NCBI GenBank assembly: GCA_905182145.1
Contig: CAJJAN010000002.1
Location: forward strand, 1-61,823
Source: an uncultured Pelagibacteraceae bacterium
Lineage (GTDB): Bacteria > Pseudomonadota > Alphaproteobacteria > Pelagibacterales > AG-422-B15
Direction: 5' to 3'
Length of the DNA stretch: 61,823 bases
A program made the translations under genes and the position numbers. Positions 1 to 11,899 of this stretch are shown here, in pieces. Numbering within the stretch: the stretch's first letter is position 1; the number at the start of each line of letters is the position of its first letter. Below the pieces are notes generated by a model. That model was not told the origin of the DNA. It saw nothing but the letters and a program-made list of their open reading frames with translations, and did not search any database.

Positions 1-1342
1 AATGTTAGTTGTTGAAGATGTTCAAAATAAATTCTCGGAGATTTCACTTAAAGACGCTCAAGCAATCAATTCAGTAGCTGAGATAGGCGATGAATTATTA
101 GACCCACTTCCTCCTTTAGATTTTGGAAGAGTTGCAGCTCAGGCTGCCAAGCAAGTTATAACTTCTAAAGTTAGAGAAGCAGAACGTGCGCGACAATATG
201 ACGAATTTAAAGATAAGATTGGTCAAATAGTAAATGGAATAGTTAAAAGAACTGAATTTGGAAACATTATTTTAGACCTAGGAAAGGCTGAAGGAATAAT
301 AAAAAGAGATCAGGGCATTCCAAGAGAAAGTTTAAGAAATGGCGATAGAGTTAAGGCATACATATATGAAGTAAAATCTGAAACTAAAGGACCACAAATT
401 TTCTTATCACGAGCACATCCACAATTTATGTCGATGTTGTTTACTCAAGAAGTTCCAGAGATTTATGATGGCATTATAGAAATAAAAAAAGTTGCCAGAG
501 ATCCTGGAAGTAGAGCTAAAATAGCAGTTTCCACAAATGATGGCTCTATAGATCCTGTAGGTGCATGTGTAGGAATGCGTGGAAGCAGAGTTCAAGCTGT
601 TGTGAATGAATTACAAGGTGAAAAAATAGATATTATTAATTGGTCTGAAAATTTGCCAAATCTAGCAATTGCTTCATTAGCGCCTGCAGAGGTTTTAAAA
701 GTAGTTTTAGATGAGGAACAAAATAAAATTGAAGTTGTAGTTGATGAGTCTCATCTAAGCTTAGCAATTGGTAGAAGAGGACAAAATGTTAAACTTGCTT
801 CTGAGCTGACTGGTTTTGAAATTGATATTTTAACTGAAGCTGAAGAATCGACGAAAAGACAAGCTGATTTTTCTGAAAAAACTAACATGATTGTTGATGC
901 TATTGATGTAGATGAAACTTTGGCACAATTATTAGTAAGTGAAGGCTTTACTTCCATTGAAGAAATCGCTGGAACAGATAAAACTGAATTTTCAAGTATA
1001 GAAGGTTTTGATGAAGAAATTGTTGATGAATTAGTTAATAGATCAACACAATACCTTGAAAAAACTGAGGAAGAAAATAATAAAATTTTGAGTGATTTAA
1101 AAGTTGAAGATAAATTTATTGAATTTTGGCAGTTAAACTCATCAATGTTAGTTGCTATAGCTAGAAATGAAATAATTACACTTGATGATTTCGCAGGGTT
1201 AACAACAGACGATCTTATTGGATATTATGAAGATAAGCATGACAAAAATAGTAGAGTAAGTGGAATGCTTGATGGTTTTAGCTTAACAAGAGATGAGGCT
1301 GATCAATTAATATTAGAAGCAAGGAAAATATGGCTTAATTAA
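1..1342 (+). CDS. nusA: Transcription termination/antitermination factor NusA (5' truncated by window edge)
   Basis: FGRVAAQAAKQVI, S1/KH domains (ARDPGSRAK, GACVGMRGSRVQAV, AIGRRGQNV), acidic C-terminal repeats; upstream of infB. The Met at 2 looks internal. Confidence 0.97.
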   Translation, partial: MLVVEDVQNKFSEISLKDAQAINSVAEIGDELLDPLPPLDFGRVAAQAAKQVITSKVREAERARQYDEFKDKIGQIVNGIVKRTEFGNIILDLGKAEGIIKRDQGIPRESLRNGDRVKAYIYEVKSETKGPQIFLSRAHPQFMSMLFTQEVPEIYDGIIEIKKVARDPGSRAKIAVSTNDGSIDPVGACVGMRGSRVQAVVNELQGEKIDIINWSENLPNLAIASLAPAEVLKVVLDEEQNKIEVVVDESHLSLAIGRRGQNVKLASELTGFEIDILTEAEESTKRQADFSEKTNMIVDAIDVDETLAQLLVSEGFTSIEEIAGTDKTEFSSIEGFDEEIVDELVNRSTQYLEKTEEENNKILSDLKVEDKFIEFWQLNSSMLVAIARNEIITLDDFAGLTTDDLIGYYEDKHDKNSRVSGMLDGFSLTRDEADQLILEARKIWLN

Positions 1343-1362
1343 TAGCTATATAAAAATTAAAA

Positions 1363-3777
1363 ATGGTAGAAGATACAAAAAACACCACCAAGAAAAAAAC
1401 CTTAAGCCTTAAACTTGGTTCTTCAATTAAATCTAATCCAACTAGAAGTTTTGAATCTGGTTCAACTGTAATTGTTGAACGTAAACGTGCTAGAAAGAAT
1501 ATTTTTTCTACACCGGAAAATGATATTCAAGAAAAAAAACCTGTACAAAATTTAGAAACAAAAGAAATAGATGAACCTAAAAAAGATATTGAAGTATCAG
1601 AAATAAAAAAATCTGGTAAAATCTTAAAAAGACTTTCCAAAGAAGAGCAAAAAAAATTACTAGAAGCTAAAAATGCAGCTGATAAAAAAGATGTTTTAAA
1701 GGAAATTGGTGGCATTGTTAACCAACAGTCTGAAGAGATAAAAAATGAGCCTGAAATTATTGCAAAAGAAGAAGTAGATGAACAGAGTAAAATTAACGAA
1801 GCTACTTCTAAGCCAACTTTAATTGAAACTGAATCAATTGATGATCAAAAAGATAAGAAAAAACCTAGTACTGGTTTTGGAAGAAAAAATCTTAGAGAAA
1901 GAAAGGTTACGATTGTTACAGCTCTTTCTGGAATGGATGAGCGAACTAGAAGTTTAGCTGCATATAAAAGATCTAAACAGAAATCAAAAAAAAATGTATC
2001 CAATAATGATCCTCAACAAAAGATTATTAGAGAAGTTAATATACCTGAGCACGTAACCGTAAAAGATTTAGCCATTAAGATGGCTGAAAAATCTGGAGAT
2101 GTAATTAAGTCATTAATGAAAATGGGTATGATGGCAACTATTAATGAAACTTTAGATGCTGATACAGCTGAGTTAATTGTAACTGAGTTTGGGCATAAAT
2201 TTAAAAGAGAAAATGTTGAGGAATTAGAAAAAGATCTTATTTCACATAATGATGATGCTACTAAAGATTCTACAAGACCTCCAATTGTAACTATTATGGG
2301 TCACGTTGATCATGGAAAAACTTCTTTACTAGATAAACTAAGAAATTCAAATATTGTTTCTGGAGAAAGTGGTGGTATTACCCAGCATATTGGAGCTTAT
2401 CAAATTACACATAATGAAAAGAAAATTACTTTCATTGATACACCTGGACATGCCGCATTTACAGAAATGCGAGCTAGAGGAGCAAATGTTACAGATATTA
2501 TAATACTAATAGTTGCTGCTGATGATGGAGTAATGCCACAAACCCAAGAGGCAATTTCTCATGCAAAGTCAGCAAATGTTCCAATCATCGTTGCTATAAA
2601 TAAATGTGATAAACCAGAGGCTGATCCAAAAAAAATTAAAGAACAATTATTATCAGAAGAAATTATAGTTGAAGAATTATCAGGCGATGTCCAGTGTGTA
2701 GAAATCTCTGCTGAAACAGGCATGAATTTTGATAAACTTCTTGAGTCAATTGTTTTGCAAAGTGAATTAGCAGATTTGAAAGCTAATAATCAAACATATG
2801 CAGAGGGAAGTGTAATTGAAGCAAATGTAGACAAAGGTAGAGGAGTAATCTCCAATATTATAATCACAAATGGTTGTTTAAAAGTTGGAGATATTGCCGT
2901 TGCTGGCTCTGAATATGGAAGAGTAAGAGCTATACTTGATGATCAAGGAAAAAATTTAAAAGAAGCATTGCCATCATCACCGATTCAAATGTTAGGACTA
3001 GGTAATGCACCTTTGGCAGGAGACAGCTTTGTAATTGTTGATAGTGAAAAAAAAGCTCTAGAGTTAATAAATATTAGAAAAGAAATTTATAAAGCAAAAA
3101 CTCAACCAAAAGGTGTTAAAACTTTTGATAATGAAACAGCATTTAATTTTGTAAATCAAAGCAAAGAACTTGTTGAAATAGTGCTTAAGTCAGATACGCG
3201 TGGCTCTACAGAAGCTATTGTTAATCAAATTAATAAAATTGCGAGCGATAAAGTAAATATTAATGTAATTCATTCTGGTGTTGGACTTATTAATGAAAGT
3301 GATGTTGCTTTGGCTGCAGCCTCAAATGCATTATTGGTTTCATTTAATACCCCGGCTACAAAGGAAGCAAAACTTAAAGCAAAAGTGAATAAAACGAATA
3401 TTGCAGATTTTTCAATAATTTATGAGCTTATAACTTATGTGTCTGACTATGCCACCGGACAGCTAAAACCAGAGATTAAAGAAAATTACTTAGGTAAGGC
3501 AGAAATACTTAAAGTATTCAAAGTGTCTAAAGTAGGCTCTGTTGCAGGATGTATGGTAACTGACGGTGTTATAGAAAAAGGGGCAAATGCAAGAATATTA
3601 AGAGATACTAGTTCAATTTATGAAGGCAAAATTGTTACATTAATGAGAGAAAAAAATGAAGCAAAGGATGTTAATGTTGGTACTGAGTGTGGCATCGGCT
3701 TAAAAGAATTTAATGAATATAAAGAGGGTGATATTATCGAAGTATTTAATGTTGAAGAAGTATCTCAATCATTGTGA
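1363..3777 (+). CDS. infB: Translation initiation factor IF-2
   Basis: GTPase motifs [17 protein letters not shown]; [10 protein letters not shown]; C-terminal ECGI; nusA-infB-rbfA order. Confidence 0.98.
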   Translation: MVEDTKNTTKKKTLSLKLGSSIKSNPTRSFESGSTVIVERKRARKNIFSTPENDIQEKKPVQNLETKEIDEPKKDIEVSEIKKSGKILKRLSKEEQKKLLEAKNAADKKDVLKEIGGIVNQQSEEIKNEPEIIAKEEVDEQSKINEATSKPTLIETESIDDQKDKKKPSTGFGRKNLRERKVTIVTALSGMDERTRSLAAYKRSKQKSKKNVSNNDPQQKIIREVNIPEHVTVKDLAIKMAEKSGDVIKSLMKMGMMATINETLDADTAELIVTEFGHKFKRENVEELEKDLISHNDDATKDSTRPPIVTIMGHVDHGKTSLLDKLRNSNIVSGESGGITQHIGAYQITHNEKKITFIDTPGHAAFTEMRARGANVTDIIILIVAADDGVMPQTQEAISHAKSANVPIIVAINKCDKPEADPKKIKEQLLSEEIIVEELSGDVQCVEISAETGMNFDKLLESIVLQSELADLKANNQTYAEGSVIEANVDKGRGVISNIIITNGCLKVGDIAVAGSEYGRVRAILDDQGKNLKEALPSSPIQMLGLGNAPLAGDSFVIVDSEKKALELINIRKEIYKAKTQPKGVKTFDNETAFNFVNQSKELVEIVLKSDTRGSTEAIVNQINKIASDKVNINVIHSGVGLINESDVALAAASNALLVSFNTPATKEAKLKAKVNKTNIADFSIIYELITYVSDYATGQLKPEIKENYLGKAEILKVFKVSKVGSVAGCMVTDGVIEKGANARILRDTSSIYEGKIVTLMREKNEAKDVNVGTECGIGLKEFNEYKEGDIIEVFNVEEVSQSL

Positions 3778-4160
3778 TAATAAAAAAAAAGTACAATCAA
3801 TCTAATCGCCACTTTAAAGTTACTGAAAATATTAAAAAATCCATTAGTGAAATACTGTTAAGGAATGAACTACCGATTGAATCAAGTCTTAATTTTCCAC
3901 TTACAGTTATAGAAGTTAAAATGAGTGATGATATTAGGCATGCCTATGTATATATAAGTACTCATGAAAAACTAGAAGAAAAAGAAGTACTTCAAAAATT
4001 AAAAGACTCTAGCCATTATATTGCAAAAGAAATGAACAAGCTTGTAAGTATGAAATTCTTGCCAAAATTAATTTTTAGATTTGATAAAACTTCAAAAAAT
4101 TATGAAAAAATTGCCGAACTACTAAATAGTGAAAAAGTGCAAGAAGATCTAAAAAAATAA
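3774..4160 (+). CDS. rbfA: 30S ribosome-binding factor RbfA
   Basis: TVIEVKMSDDIRHAYVY and MKFLPKLIFRFD motifs; GTG start overlaps the infB TGA. Confidence 0.93.
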   Translation: MIIKKKYNQSNRHFKVTENIKKSISEILLRNELPIESSLNFPLTVIEVKMSDDIRHAYVYISTHEKLEEKEVLQKLKDSSHYIAKEMNKLVSMKFLPKLIFRFDKTSKNYEKIAELLNSEKVQEDLKK

Positions 4161-5048
4161 ATGACAGAAAATAAGATGGATGGATGGCTTTTCATTGATA
4201 AGCCAATTGGTATATCGTCATTTTCAGTAATTAGAAAAATTAGAAGAATATTAAATATTAAAAAAATTGGTCACGCTGGAACACTTGACCCTTTTGCAAC
4301 AGGTGCATTAGGTATAGCTATTGGCGAAGCTACAAAATCTATTGATTATATTAGTAGTATAAAAGAGTACGAATTTAATATTACGTTTGGCGAATCTAAA
4401 ACAACAGAAGACCTAGAAGGTGAAACTTTAGAACGGACTAATAAAATTCCAAATGAAAATGATATAAAAAATATATTAGATAAGTTTACAGGTATAATTG
4501 ATCAACATCCTCCCAAACATTCATCTATCAAAATTAATGGTCAAAGGTCTTACAAACTAGCTCGTAAAGACATAAATTTTAAAACTAAATCTAGAAAAGT
4601 AACTATCTATGAAATCAATCATATTAAACAACTTAATAATTATACCCATAAACTAAGAGTGAAATGTTCATCTGGGACGTATATAAGATCTTTAGGGAGA
4701 GATATTGCATTAAGATTAAATTCATTAGGCTATATCTCATTTTTAAGAAGAACTAAAATTTCAAAAATTGATGAAAAAGGTATTATTTCACTAGATAAAT
4801 TCTTGGAATTAGTACATATTGGCAATCATTTCAAAATGGTATTGCCAATTGAAAGTGTACTGGACGACATCCCGGCGGTATATCTCAAAAAGGAAAATGC
4901 TATTAAGTTTAGAAATGGTCAAGTAATAAGTCTTTTTGATAAATTTAGCGATGTAAACACACTACTAGTTTACAAAGAAAAAAAAGTACTTGGGCTTGGT
5001 AAGATTGAAAGTGGCACATTAGTGCCAATTAGGATGTTTAATATATAA
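4161..5048 (+). CDS. truB: tRNA pseudouridine(55) synthase
   Basis: [18 protein letters not shown] (catalytic Asp), [10 protein letters not shown]. Confidence 0.97.
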   Translation: MTENKMDGWLFIDKPIGISSFSVIRKIRRILNIKKIGHAGTLDPFATGALGIAIGEATKSIDYISSIKEYEFNITFGESKTTEDLEGETLERTNKIPNENDIKNILDKFTGIIDQHPPKHSSIKINGQRSYKLARKDINFKTKSRKVTIYEINHIKQLNNYTHKLRVKCSSGTYIRSLGRDIALRLNSLGYISFLRRTKISKIDEKGIISLDKFLELVHIGNHFKMVLPIESVLDDIPAVYLKKENAIKFRNGQVISLFDKFSDVNTLLVYKEKKVLGLGKIESGTLVPIRMFNI

Positions 5049-5065
5049 CAAAAAAAGGAATAGAG

Positions 5066-5335
5066 ATGTCGATTAATAAGGAAAAAAAAACAGAAATTAT
5101 AAATAATTTCGCAAGAGGCGATGCTGATACAGGATCTCCTGAAGTTCAAGTAGCAATATTAACCGAAAGAATATCCAATTTAACTGGGCACTTTCAAACA
5201 CATAAAAAAGATAACCATTCAAGAACTGGATTAATGAGACTTATTAATCAAAGAAAAACGTTGCTTGCATATCTTAAGAAAACTAACACCGCTTCATACG
5301 AAACATTAATCGATAAGCTTGGTTTAAGAAAATAA
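5066..5335 (+). CDS. rpsO: 30S ribosomal protein S15
   Basis: [21 protein letters not shown]; 89 aa. Confidence 0.98.
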   Translation: MSINKEKKTEIINNFARGDADTGSPEVQVAILTERISNLTGHFQTHKKDNHSRTGLMRLINQRKTLLAYLKKTNTASYETLIDKLGLRK

Positions 5336-5371
5336 TATAAATAATAAATTTAATTGAAAAAGGAAAAAATA

Positions 5372-7441
5372 ATGAGTGAGTCAATCTCAAGAGAGATCCA
5401 ATGGGGAAAAGATAAATTAATAATTGAAACTGGAAAAGTTGCTAAACAAGCGACCGCATCAACTATCGTAAGATATGGAGACACTGTGGTAATGTGTAAT
5501 GTTACAGCAGCAAAGACGCCAAAGCCTGACTTGGACTTTTTTCCTTTAACAGTTAATTATACTGAAAAATATTACGCTGCTGGAAAAATTCCAGGGGGGT
5601 TTTTTAAAAGAGAAGCGCGTCCTACAGAAGCAGAAACATTAATATGTAGATTAATTGATAGACCTATTAGACCATTATTCCCTGAAGGTTTTAGAAATGA
5701 AACTCAAGTTATACTTACAGTGTTGTCACATGATACAGAAACCAATGCTGATATTGTTGCTATGGTAGCGGCTTCTAGTGCCCTTACTATATCAGGTATA
5801 CCTTTTAAGGGACCAATTTCAGGTTGTAGAGTTGGTTATCAAAATGGTGAATATACCTTAAACCCAAAAATGAACGAAGAATCTGATTTAGATTTAGTAG
5901 TAGCTGGAACAAATTCAGCTGTTTTAATGGTTGAATCTGAAGCTAATCAACTATCAGAAGAAATAATGTTAGGTGCTGTAACTTTTGGCCATAAAGAAAT
6001 GCAGCCAGTAATTGATATGATTATTGATCTTGCAGAAGAATGTGCAAAAGAACCATGGCAATTTGAATATGTCGAAAATACTGAGTTAAAAGAAATCGTA
6101 AAAAAAGAATGCTCAGATGACATAGCAAAAGCTTATGCTTTAACTGATAAGATGGAAAGACATGCTGCACTATCTGTTTCTAAAGAAAAATTATTAAAAT
6201 CGCACGAAGACAATGAAGAAATTAATTCAAATGAATTAATGTCTTATTTTAAAAAAATTGAAAAGAGTATTGTCCGTGGTCAAATAATTAATAATAAATC
6301 AAGAATTGATGGAAGAAAACTTGATGAAATTAGAAATATAAGTAATGAAGTATCTTGGTTACCAAGAACTCACGGTTCTGCATTATTTACTAGAGGCGAA
6401 ACACAAGCCATAGTTGTAGCAACTCTTGGTTTTGGAGAGGACGAGCAACGCATAGAGGCTTTACAAGGATCATATAAAGAGAAGTTTATGCTTCATTATA
6501 ATTTTCCACCATATTCAGTTGGTGAAGTTGGAAGAAGTGGATTTACTAGTAGAAGAGAAGTAGGTCATGGTAAACTTGCTTGGAGAGCTATGAAGGCTGT
6601 GTTGCCAGATTCAGAAGAATTTGACTATACAATTAGATTGGTTTCTGAAATTACAGAGTCTAATGGATCATCATCTATGGCAACTGTATGCGGTTCATCT
6701 TTAGCTTTGATGGATGCAGGTGTTCCAATTAAGAATGCTGTTTCTGGAATTGCAATGGGACTGATTAAAGAAGGAGACGACTTTGCAGTATTATCAGATA
6801 TTTTGGGTGATGAAGATCATCTTGGTGATATGGACTTTAAAGTTGCTGGTACAAAAGATGGTATCACCTCTTTACAAATGGATATCAAAATAACTGGTAT
6901 AACTACAGAAATTATGGAACAGGCATTAAACCAGGCTAATGCTGGAAGAATGCACATATTATCTGAAATGAATAAAACGATTGATGCTCCAAGAACTGAG
7001 CTTGGACCTTATACTCCAAGAAGTGAAATGATTAAAATTCAAAGAGATAATATTGGAGCAGTAATTGGCAAAGGTGGAGCAGTTATTAAAGAAATTATAG
7101 CTGAGTCAGGTGCTAAGGTCGATATTAGTGATAATGGAACTGTAAAAATTTCTGGAACTAGCAAAGAAATGATTCAGGCTGCAATTGACATGATTAATGG
7201 AATAATCCAAGAACCAGAAGTTGGAGACATTTTTGAAGGTAAAGTTGTCAAGATTATGGAATTTGGTGCATTTGTTAACTTCATGGGTAAAAAAGATGGC
7301 CTTGTTCATATTTCTCAGCTTGCTGAAGAAAGAGTAGAAAAAGTTACTGACGTAGTAAGCGAAGGTGATACAGTTAAAGTTAAAGTTATTGGATTTGATA
7401 AAGGTAAAGTTAAATTATCAATGAAGGATATTGAAGCTTAA
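5372..7441 (+). CDS. pnp: Polyribonucleotide nucleotidyltransferase (PNPase)
   Basis: [42 protein letters not shown] and S1 domains; ATG 5372 (AAGGA upstream) preferred over TTG 5354. Confidence 0.97.
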   Translation: MSESISREIQWGKDKLIIETGKVAKQATASTIVRYGDTVVMCNVTAAKTPKPDLDFFPLTVNYTEKYYAAGKIPGGFFKREARPTEAETLICRLIDRPIRPLFPEGFRNETQVILTVLSHDTETNADIVAMVAASSALTISGIPFKGPISGCRVGYQNGEYTLNPKMNEESDLDLVVAGTNSAVLMVESEANQLSEEIMLGAVTFGHKEMQPVIDMIIDLAEECAKEPWQFEYVENTELKEIVKKECSDDIAKAYALTDKMERHAALSVSKEKLLKSHEDNEEINSNELMSYFKKIEKSIVRGQIINNKSRIDGRKLDEIRNISNEVSWLPRTHGSALFTRGETQAIVVATLGFGEDEQRIEALQGSYKEKFMLHYNFPPYSVGEVGRSGFTSRREVGHGKLAWRAMKAVLPDSEEFDYTIRLVSEITESNGSSSMATVCGSSLALMDAGVPIKNAVSGIAMGLIKEGDDFAVLSDILGDEDHLGDMDFKVAGTKDGITSLQMDIKITGITTEIMEQALNQANAGRMHILSEMNKTIDAPRTELGPYTPRSEMIKIQRDNIGAVIGKGGAVIKEIIAESGAKVDISDNGTVKISGTSKEMIQAAIDMINGIIQEPEVGDIFEGKVVKIMEFGAFVNFMGKKDGLVHISQLAEERVEKVTDVVSEGDTVKVKVIGFDKGKVKLSMKDIEA

Positions 7442-7454
7442 CAAATTATTAAAA

Positions 7455-8906
7455 ATGGTTAACAAAACATTCCAGGACGATAAGCTGCATGAAGAATGTG
7501 GTGTCTTTGGAATTTTTGGTAGCCCAGATGCCTCTACACTAACAACCTTAGGATTACATGCACTTCAACATCGCGGTCAAGAAGGAGCTGGAATTGTTAC
7601 TTTTGATGGTGATAAATTTAATGGTGTGAGAAGACCAGGTTTAGTTGGAGATAATTTTAATAAACCAGAAATAATATCGAGATTGCCAGGTAGAAATGCA
7701 ATTGGCCATGTTAGATATTCTACAACTGGAGATTCAATTCTAAAAAATATTCAACCTTTATTTGCAGATTTAGCAGTTGGTGGTTTTGCATGCGCTCATA
7801 ATGGAAACTTAACTAATGCTTCTATGCTAAGAAAAAAATTAGTTAATGACGGGTCAATATTTCAAACTACATCTGATACAGAAACAATTTTACAATTAGT
7901 AGCACGCTCAAAAAGAGTCCCTATGGTTGATAAAATAATAGATGCTCTATTTCAAGTACAGGGAGCTTACGCTTTAGTAATATTAACTAATAAGAAATTA
8001 ATTGGCGTTAGAGACCCACATGGTATTAGGCCTTTAGTACTTGGAGATTTAAACGGTGCACCAGTTCTAGCATCTGAAACTTGTGCTCTTGATATAATAG
8101 GGGCAAAGTACGTAAGAGATGTAGAGAATGGTGAAATTGTAATTATTTCAGAATCTGGAATTGAGAGCGTTAAGCCATTTCCAGTTGTTAAAGAACGTCC
8201 TTGTATTTTTGAACGAATTTATTTTTCAAGACCTGATAGTATTGTCGACGGTAAGACAGTTTATTATTATAGAAAAAATCTTGGTGAACAGTTGGCAATT
8301 GAAAATGTTGTTAATGCAGATGTCGTAATTCCCGTTCCAGACTCAGGTGTGCCAGCAGCGTTAGGTTTTGCTCAAAAAGCAAATATTCCATTTGAGTTAG
8401 GTATAATTAGAAATCACTATGTAGGTAGAACTTTTATTGAGCCAACACAGAATATCAGGCAATTTGGGGTAAAATTAAAACATAGTGCTAATAAATCGTA
8501 CATTGAAAATAAAAAAGTAGTTCTCATCGATGACTCAATTGTGAGAGGTACTACTGCCAGAAAAATTGTTAAAATGATTTATGATGCTGGTGCTACAGAG
8601 GTACACTTTGGAATTTCATGTCCACCTATAACTCATCCAGATTTTTATGGAATAGATACACCAGACTATGATGAGCTTTTAGCCTCTAAAAAAAGTGTTG
8701 AAGAAATGAGAGAGTCAATTGGTGCAACCTCTTTATTTTTTCTATCTCTCAATGGAACATACAAGGCTATGGGTCATAAAGAAAGAAACGCAACTGAACC
8801 TCAATTTACTGATCATTGTTTTACTGGAGACTATCCAACACAACTTCTCGATAATGAACAAGGAACAACGAGCAAGCAATATTCATTACTTACTGAAAAA
8901 AACTAA
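7455..8906 (+). CDS. purF: Amidophosphoribosyltransferase (with N-terminal propeptide)
   Basis: LHEE|CGVFG Ntn cysteine, LQHRGQE, GHVRYST, PRPP loop LIDDSIVRGTT; ATG 7455 preferred over TTG 7431. Confidence 0.97.
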   Translation: MVNKTFQDDKLHEECGVFGIFGSPDASTLTTLGLHALQHRGQEGAGIVTFDGDKFNGVRRPGLVGDNFNKPEIISRLPGRNAIGHVRYSTTGDSILKNIQPLFADLAVGGFACAHNGNLTNASMLRKKLVNDGSIFQTTSDTETILQLVARSKRVPMVDKIIDALFQVQGAYALVILTNKKLIGVRDPHGIRPLVLGDLNGAPVLASETCALDIIGAKYVRDVENGEIVIISESGIESVKPFPVVKERPCIFERIYFSRPDSIVDGKTVYYYRKNLGEQLAIENVVNADVVIPVPDSGVPAALGFAQKANIPFELGIIRNHYVGRTFIEPTQNIRQFGVKLKHSANKSYIENKKVVLIDDSIVRGTTARKIVKMIYDAGATEVHFGISCPPITHPDFYGIDTPDYDELLASKKSVEEMRESIGATSLFFLSLNGTYKAMGHKERNATEPQFTDHCFTGDYPTQLLDNEQGTTSKQYSLLTEKN

Positions 8907-9679
8907 ATTTCTCTAGGAACGCCAACTTTATTGTACCCACAATCAACGTAATGGTTTTCACCAGTTACTCCTGAAGAAAGGTCACTTAGTAAATATAATC
9001 CTGATTTTCCTACGTCATCCAAAGATACATTTCTTTGCATTAAAGAATTTTTGTCAGACCACTTTAACATATCTTTTCCACCAGAAATTCCTGCCATAGC
9101 TAGTGTTTTCATTGGCCCCGCTGAAAGTGAATTAACTCTTATATTTTGATTGCCAAGATCAGCTGCTAAATATCTGACACTTGATTCAAGTGCAGCTTTA
9201 GCGACACCCATAACATTATAATTAGGCACAACTCGTTGTGAACCATCGTAACTTAAAGTAACCATTGATCCACCATTGATCATAAGCTTGCTAGCTTCAT
9301 TAGCTGTTTCAGTAAATGAAAAACATGAAATTAACATTGTCTGAGTAAAATTATCTCGTGATGTATCTAAATATTTTCCTTTTAATTCATTTTTATCAGA
9401 GAAAGCAATAGAATGAAGAACAAAATCTACTGTACCCCATTTATCTTTTACTTTTTCAAAAGCTGATTTTATTGACCCAGAATCTAAAACATTACATTCA
9501 ATTAAAAAGTTGGAATCTAACGACTCAGCAAGTGGTTTGACACGACGCAATAAAGTTTCACCCGCATACATAAAACATAGTTCAGCACCTTCTTCAGATA
9601 ATTTTTTCGCAATTCCCCAGGCAATAGAGTGATCATTAGCAAGACCCATGATGACTCCTTTTTTTCCCTTTAAATACAT
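8903..9679 (-). CDS. fabI: Enoyl-ACP reductase FabI
   Basis: GLANDHSIAWGIA, YNVMGVAKAALES, SAGPMKTLA. Confidence 0.96.
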   Translation of the reverse strand: MYLKGKKGVIMGLANDHSIAWGIAKKLSEEGAELCFMYAGETLLRRVKPLAESLDSNFLIECNVLDSGSIKSAFEKVKDKWGTVDFVLHSIAFSDKNELKGKYLDTSRDNFTQTMLISCFSFTETANEASKLMINGGSMVTLSYDGSQRVVPNYNVMGVAKAALESSVRYLAADLGNQNIRVNSLSAGPMKTLAMAGISGGKDMLKWSDKNSLMQRNVSLDDVGKSGLYLLSDLSSGVTGENHYVDCGYNKVGVPREI

Positions 9680-9682
9680 AAT

Positions 9683-10894
9683 TTAATTATACCTTTTAAA
9701 AATTAGTGAGGCATTTGTGCCTCCAAAACCAAAACTATTACTCATTGCAAAATTAAATGAACCTTCCTTTTTTTCAGTAAGAATGTTCATATTTTTTGCT
9801 GCCTCATCAAGATTTTTTATATGGGCAGATTTACACATGAAATCATTCTTCATCATCAAAAGAGAGTATATAGCTTCCTGAACTCCAGCAGCACCTAGAG
9901 AATGACCAGTAAGAGATTTAGTAGAACTTATATATGGACTATTTTCTTTAAAAACTTCTTGAACTGCACCTAATTCTGCATTGTCACCAACTGGCGTTGA
10001 TGTTCCATGCGCATTTATATAATCAATTTCACCATCAGATGTTTTAATTGCCATTTCCATACACCTTTTAGCACCTTCTCCAGAAGGCTGTACCATATCA
10101 AAACCATCTGAAGTTGCACCATAACCAACTAATTCAGCATAAATTTTTGCACCCCGCGCTTTTGCATGTTCTAATTCTTCAAGCACTACAACACCACCAC
10201 CTCCTGAAATTACAAAACCATCACGAGATTCATCAAAGGCTCTAGAAGCACTCTCAGGAGACTCATTGTATTTTGAAGAAAGGGCAGTCATTGCATCAAA
10301 AAGAGCTGATAAGGACCAGTCTAACTCTTCACCTCCACCAGCAAGGACAATATCTTGTTTGCCCATTTGAATTAATTCAGAGCCATGGCCAATGCAATGA
10401 GCACTAGTTGCACAAGCAGAGCTTATAGAATAATTCATGCCTTTAATTTTAAAAAAAGTAGACAATGTTGCAGAGTTTGTGCTGCACATTACTTTTGGAA
10501 CACTAGTAGGACCAATTTTTTTTGGACCACTTTTTCTAGTTATATCAAAAGCCCTTAATAAATTTTTAGTTGAAGGTCCCCCTGAACCCATTATTAGTCC
10601 AGTCATAGGGTTTGAAATTTCATTTTCTTCTAAACCAGAATCTTTTAATGCTTCAAGCATAGCTATATAATTATAACTTGCACCGTCACCCATAAATCTT
10701 AAAAATTTACGGTCAATAGTTTCTTGCAAATCAATTTTTATTTGTCCACTTACCTGACTTCTGAAATTCATATCTTTATGAGACTGATCAAAAGAAATCC
10801 CAGACTTAGCTGTCTTTAGTGAATTAACTACTTCAGAAGCATTGTTTCCAATTGATGATACAATTCCTAGTCCTGTTATAACTACTCTTCTCAT
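9683..10894 (-). CDS. fabB: Beta-ketoacyl-ACP synthase I
   Basis: [19 protein letters not shown] (active Cys), [24 protein letters not shown]; between fabA and fabI. Confidence 0.95.
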   Translation of the reverse strand: MRRVVITGLGIVSSIGNNASEVVNSLKTAKSGISFDQSHKDMNFRSQVSGQIKIDLQETIDRKFLRFMGDGASYNYIAMLEALKDSGLEENEISNPMTGLIMGSGGPSTKNLLRAFDITRKSGPKKIGPTSVPKVMCSTNSATLSTFFKIKGMNYSISSACATSAHCIGHGSELIQMGKQDIVLAGGGEELDWSLSALFDAMTALSSKYNESPESASRAFDESRDGFVISGGGGVVVLEELEHAKARGAKIYAELVGYGATSDGFDMVQPSGEGAKRCMEMAIKTSDGEIDYINAHGTSTPVGDNAELGAVQEVFKENSPYISSTKSLTGHSLGAAGVQEAIYSLLMMKNDFMCKSAHIKNLDEAAKNMNILTEKKEGSFNFAMSNSFGFGGTNASLIFKRYN

Positions 10895-11395
10895 TTATTT
10901 TATTAAACCTACTTTTAATCCTTCAGCATGATAAATAGTTTTACCGTCAGCTTTAACTATTCCATTACCAACACCAACAACTACTCCACGTTTAATTATT
11001 TTTTTCATATCAATAATATACTCAACTTTTTTTGTTTCTGGAAGTATTTCACCAGCAAACTTTATTGAAGCTGCACCAAGAGCCCTTCCTCTACCTGGCT
11101 CACCAATCCATCCAAGAAAAAAGCCAACTAGTTGCCACATCGCATCAAGTCCTAAGCATCCTGGCATGACAGGATCTTGTTCAAAATGACAATCAAAAAA
11201 CCAAAGGGATGGATCAATATCAAATTCTGCAACTATTTCACCTTTACCAAATTGACCACCATCTTCATTAATCTTAATAATTCTATCAAACATTAACATG
11301 GGCGGCAGAGGGAGCCTTGCATTGCCAACCCCAAACATTTTGCCGTGACCACAATCGAGTAATTCTTCTTTAGAGAAACTTGGTTTTTGTATCAT
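10895..11395 (-). CDS. fabA: 3-hydroxydecanoyl-ACP dehydratase/isomerase
   Basis: [35 protein letters not shown]. Confidence 0.96.
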   Translation of the reverse strand: MIQKPSFSKEELLDCGHGKMFGVGNARLPLPPMLMFDRIIKINEDGGQFGKGEIVAEFDIDPSLWFFDCHFEQDPVMPGCLGLDAMWQLVGFFLGWIGEPGRGRALGAASIKFAGEILPETKKVEYIIDMKKIIKRGVVVGVGNGIVKADGKTIYHAEGLKVGLIK

Positions 11396-11488
11396 TTTTA
11401 TCTACTATCTGTTTGTTTTACTTATGTTTTAATCACACTAGTGCATTTAGATTGTAAAATACAATAATTTTTATTAAATAATACTACT

Positions 11489-11884
11489 ATGCAAAAGACA
11501 AAAGAAATTTTAAGGGTTAATGACCTAAGACCTACTAAACAAAGAGTTTTAATTGGTAATTTCTTATTCGATGGAATTGATAAGCACGTAACTGCTGAAA
11601 GTTTATTTAAAAAACTTTCAAATGAGAAACATGGTGTGTCACTTGCAACAGTTTATAATACTTTACATGAATTTTGTAAAAAAGAGCTTCTAAATAAAAT
11701 TACAATAGATACCGACAAAGTCTACTTTGATACAAACACTAGTTCACATCATCATTTTTTTTCTGATAAAGAAAAAATTCTTTTAGACATTAAAAGTCAA
11801 GATGTAAAAATTAGTTCTATGCCAGAAGCCCCAAAAGGGAAAAAAATTAAAAAAGTTGAACTTATTATACACTTAGAAGACTAA
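11489..11884 (+). CDS. irr: Fur-family iron response regulator Irr
   Basis: LRPTKQR, HVTAE, VSLATVYNTL, YFDTNTSSHHHF (HHH motif); divergent from fabA as is usual for alphaproteobacterial irr. Confidence 0.85.
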   Translation: MQKTKEILRVNDLRPTKQRVLIGNFLFDGIDKHVTAESLFKKLSNEKHGVSLATVYNTLHEFCKKELLNKITIDTDKVYFDTNTSSHHHFFSDKEKILLDIKSQDVKISSMPEAPKGKKIKKVELIIHLED

Positions 11885-11899
11885 AAAAATTATAATCAC

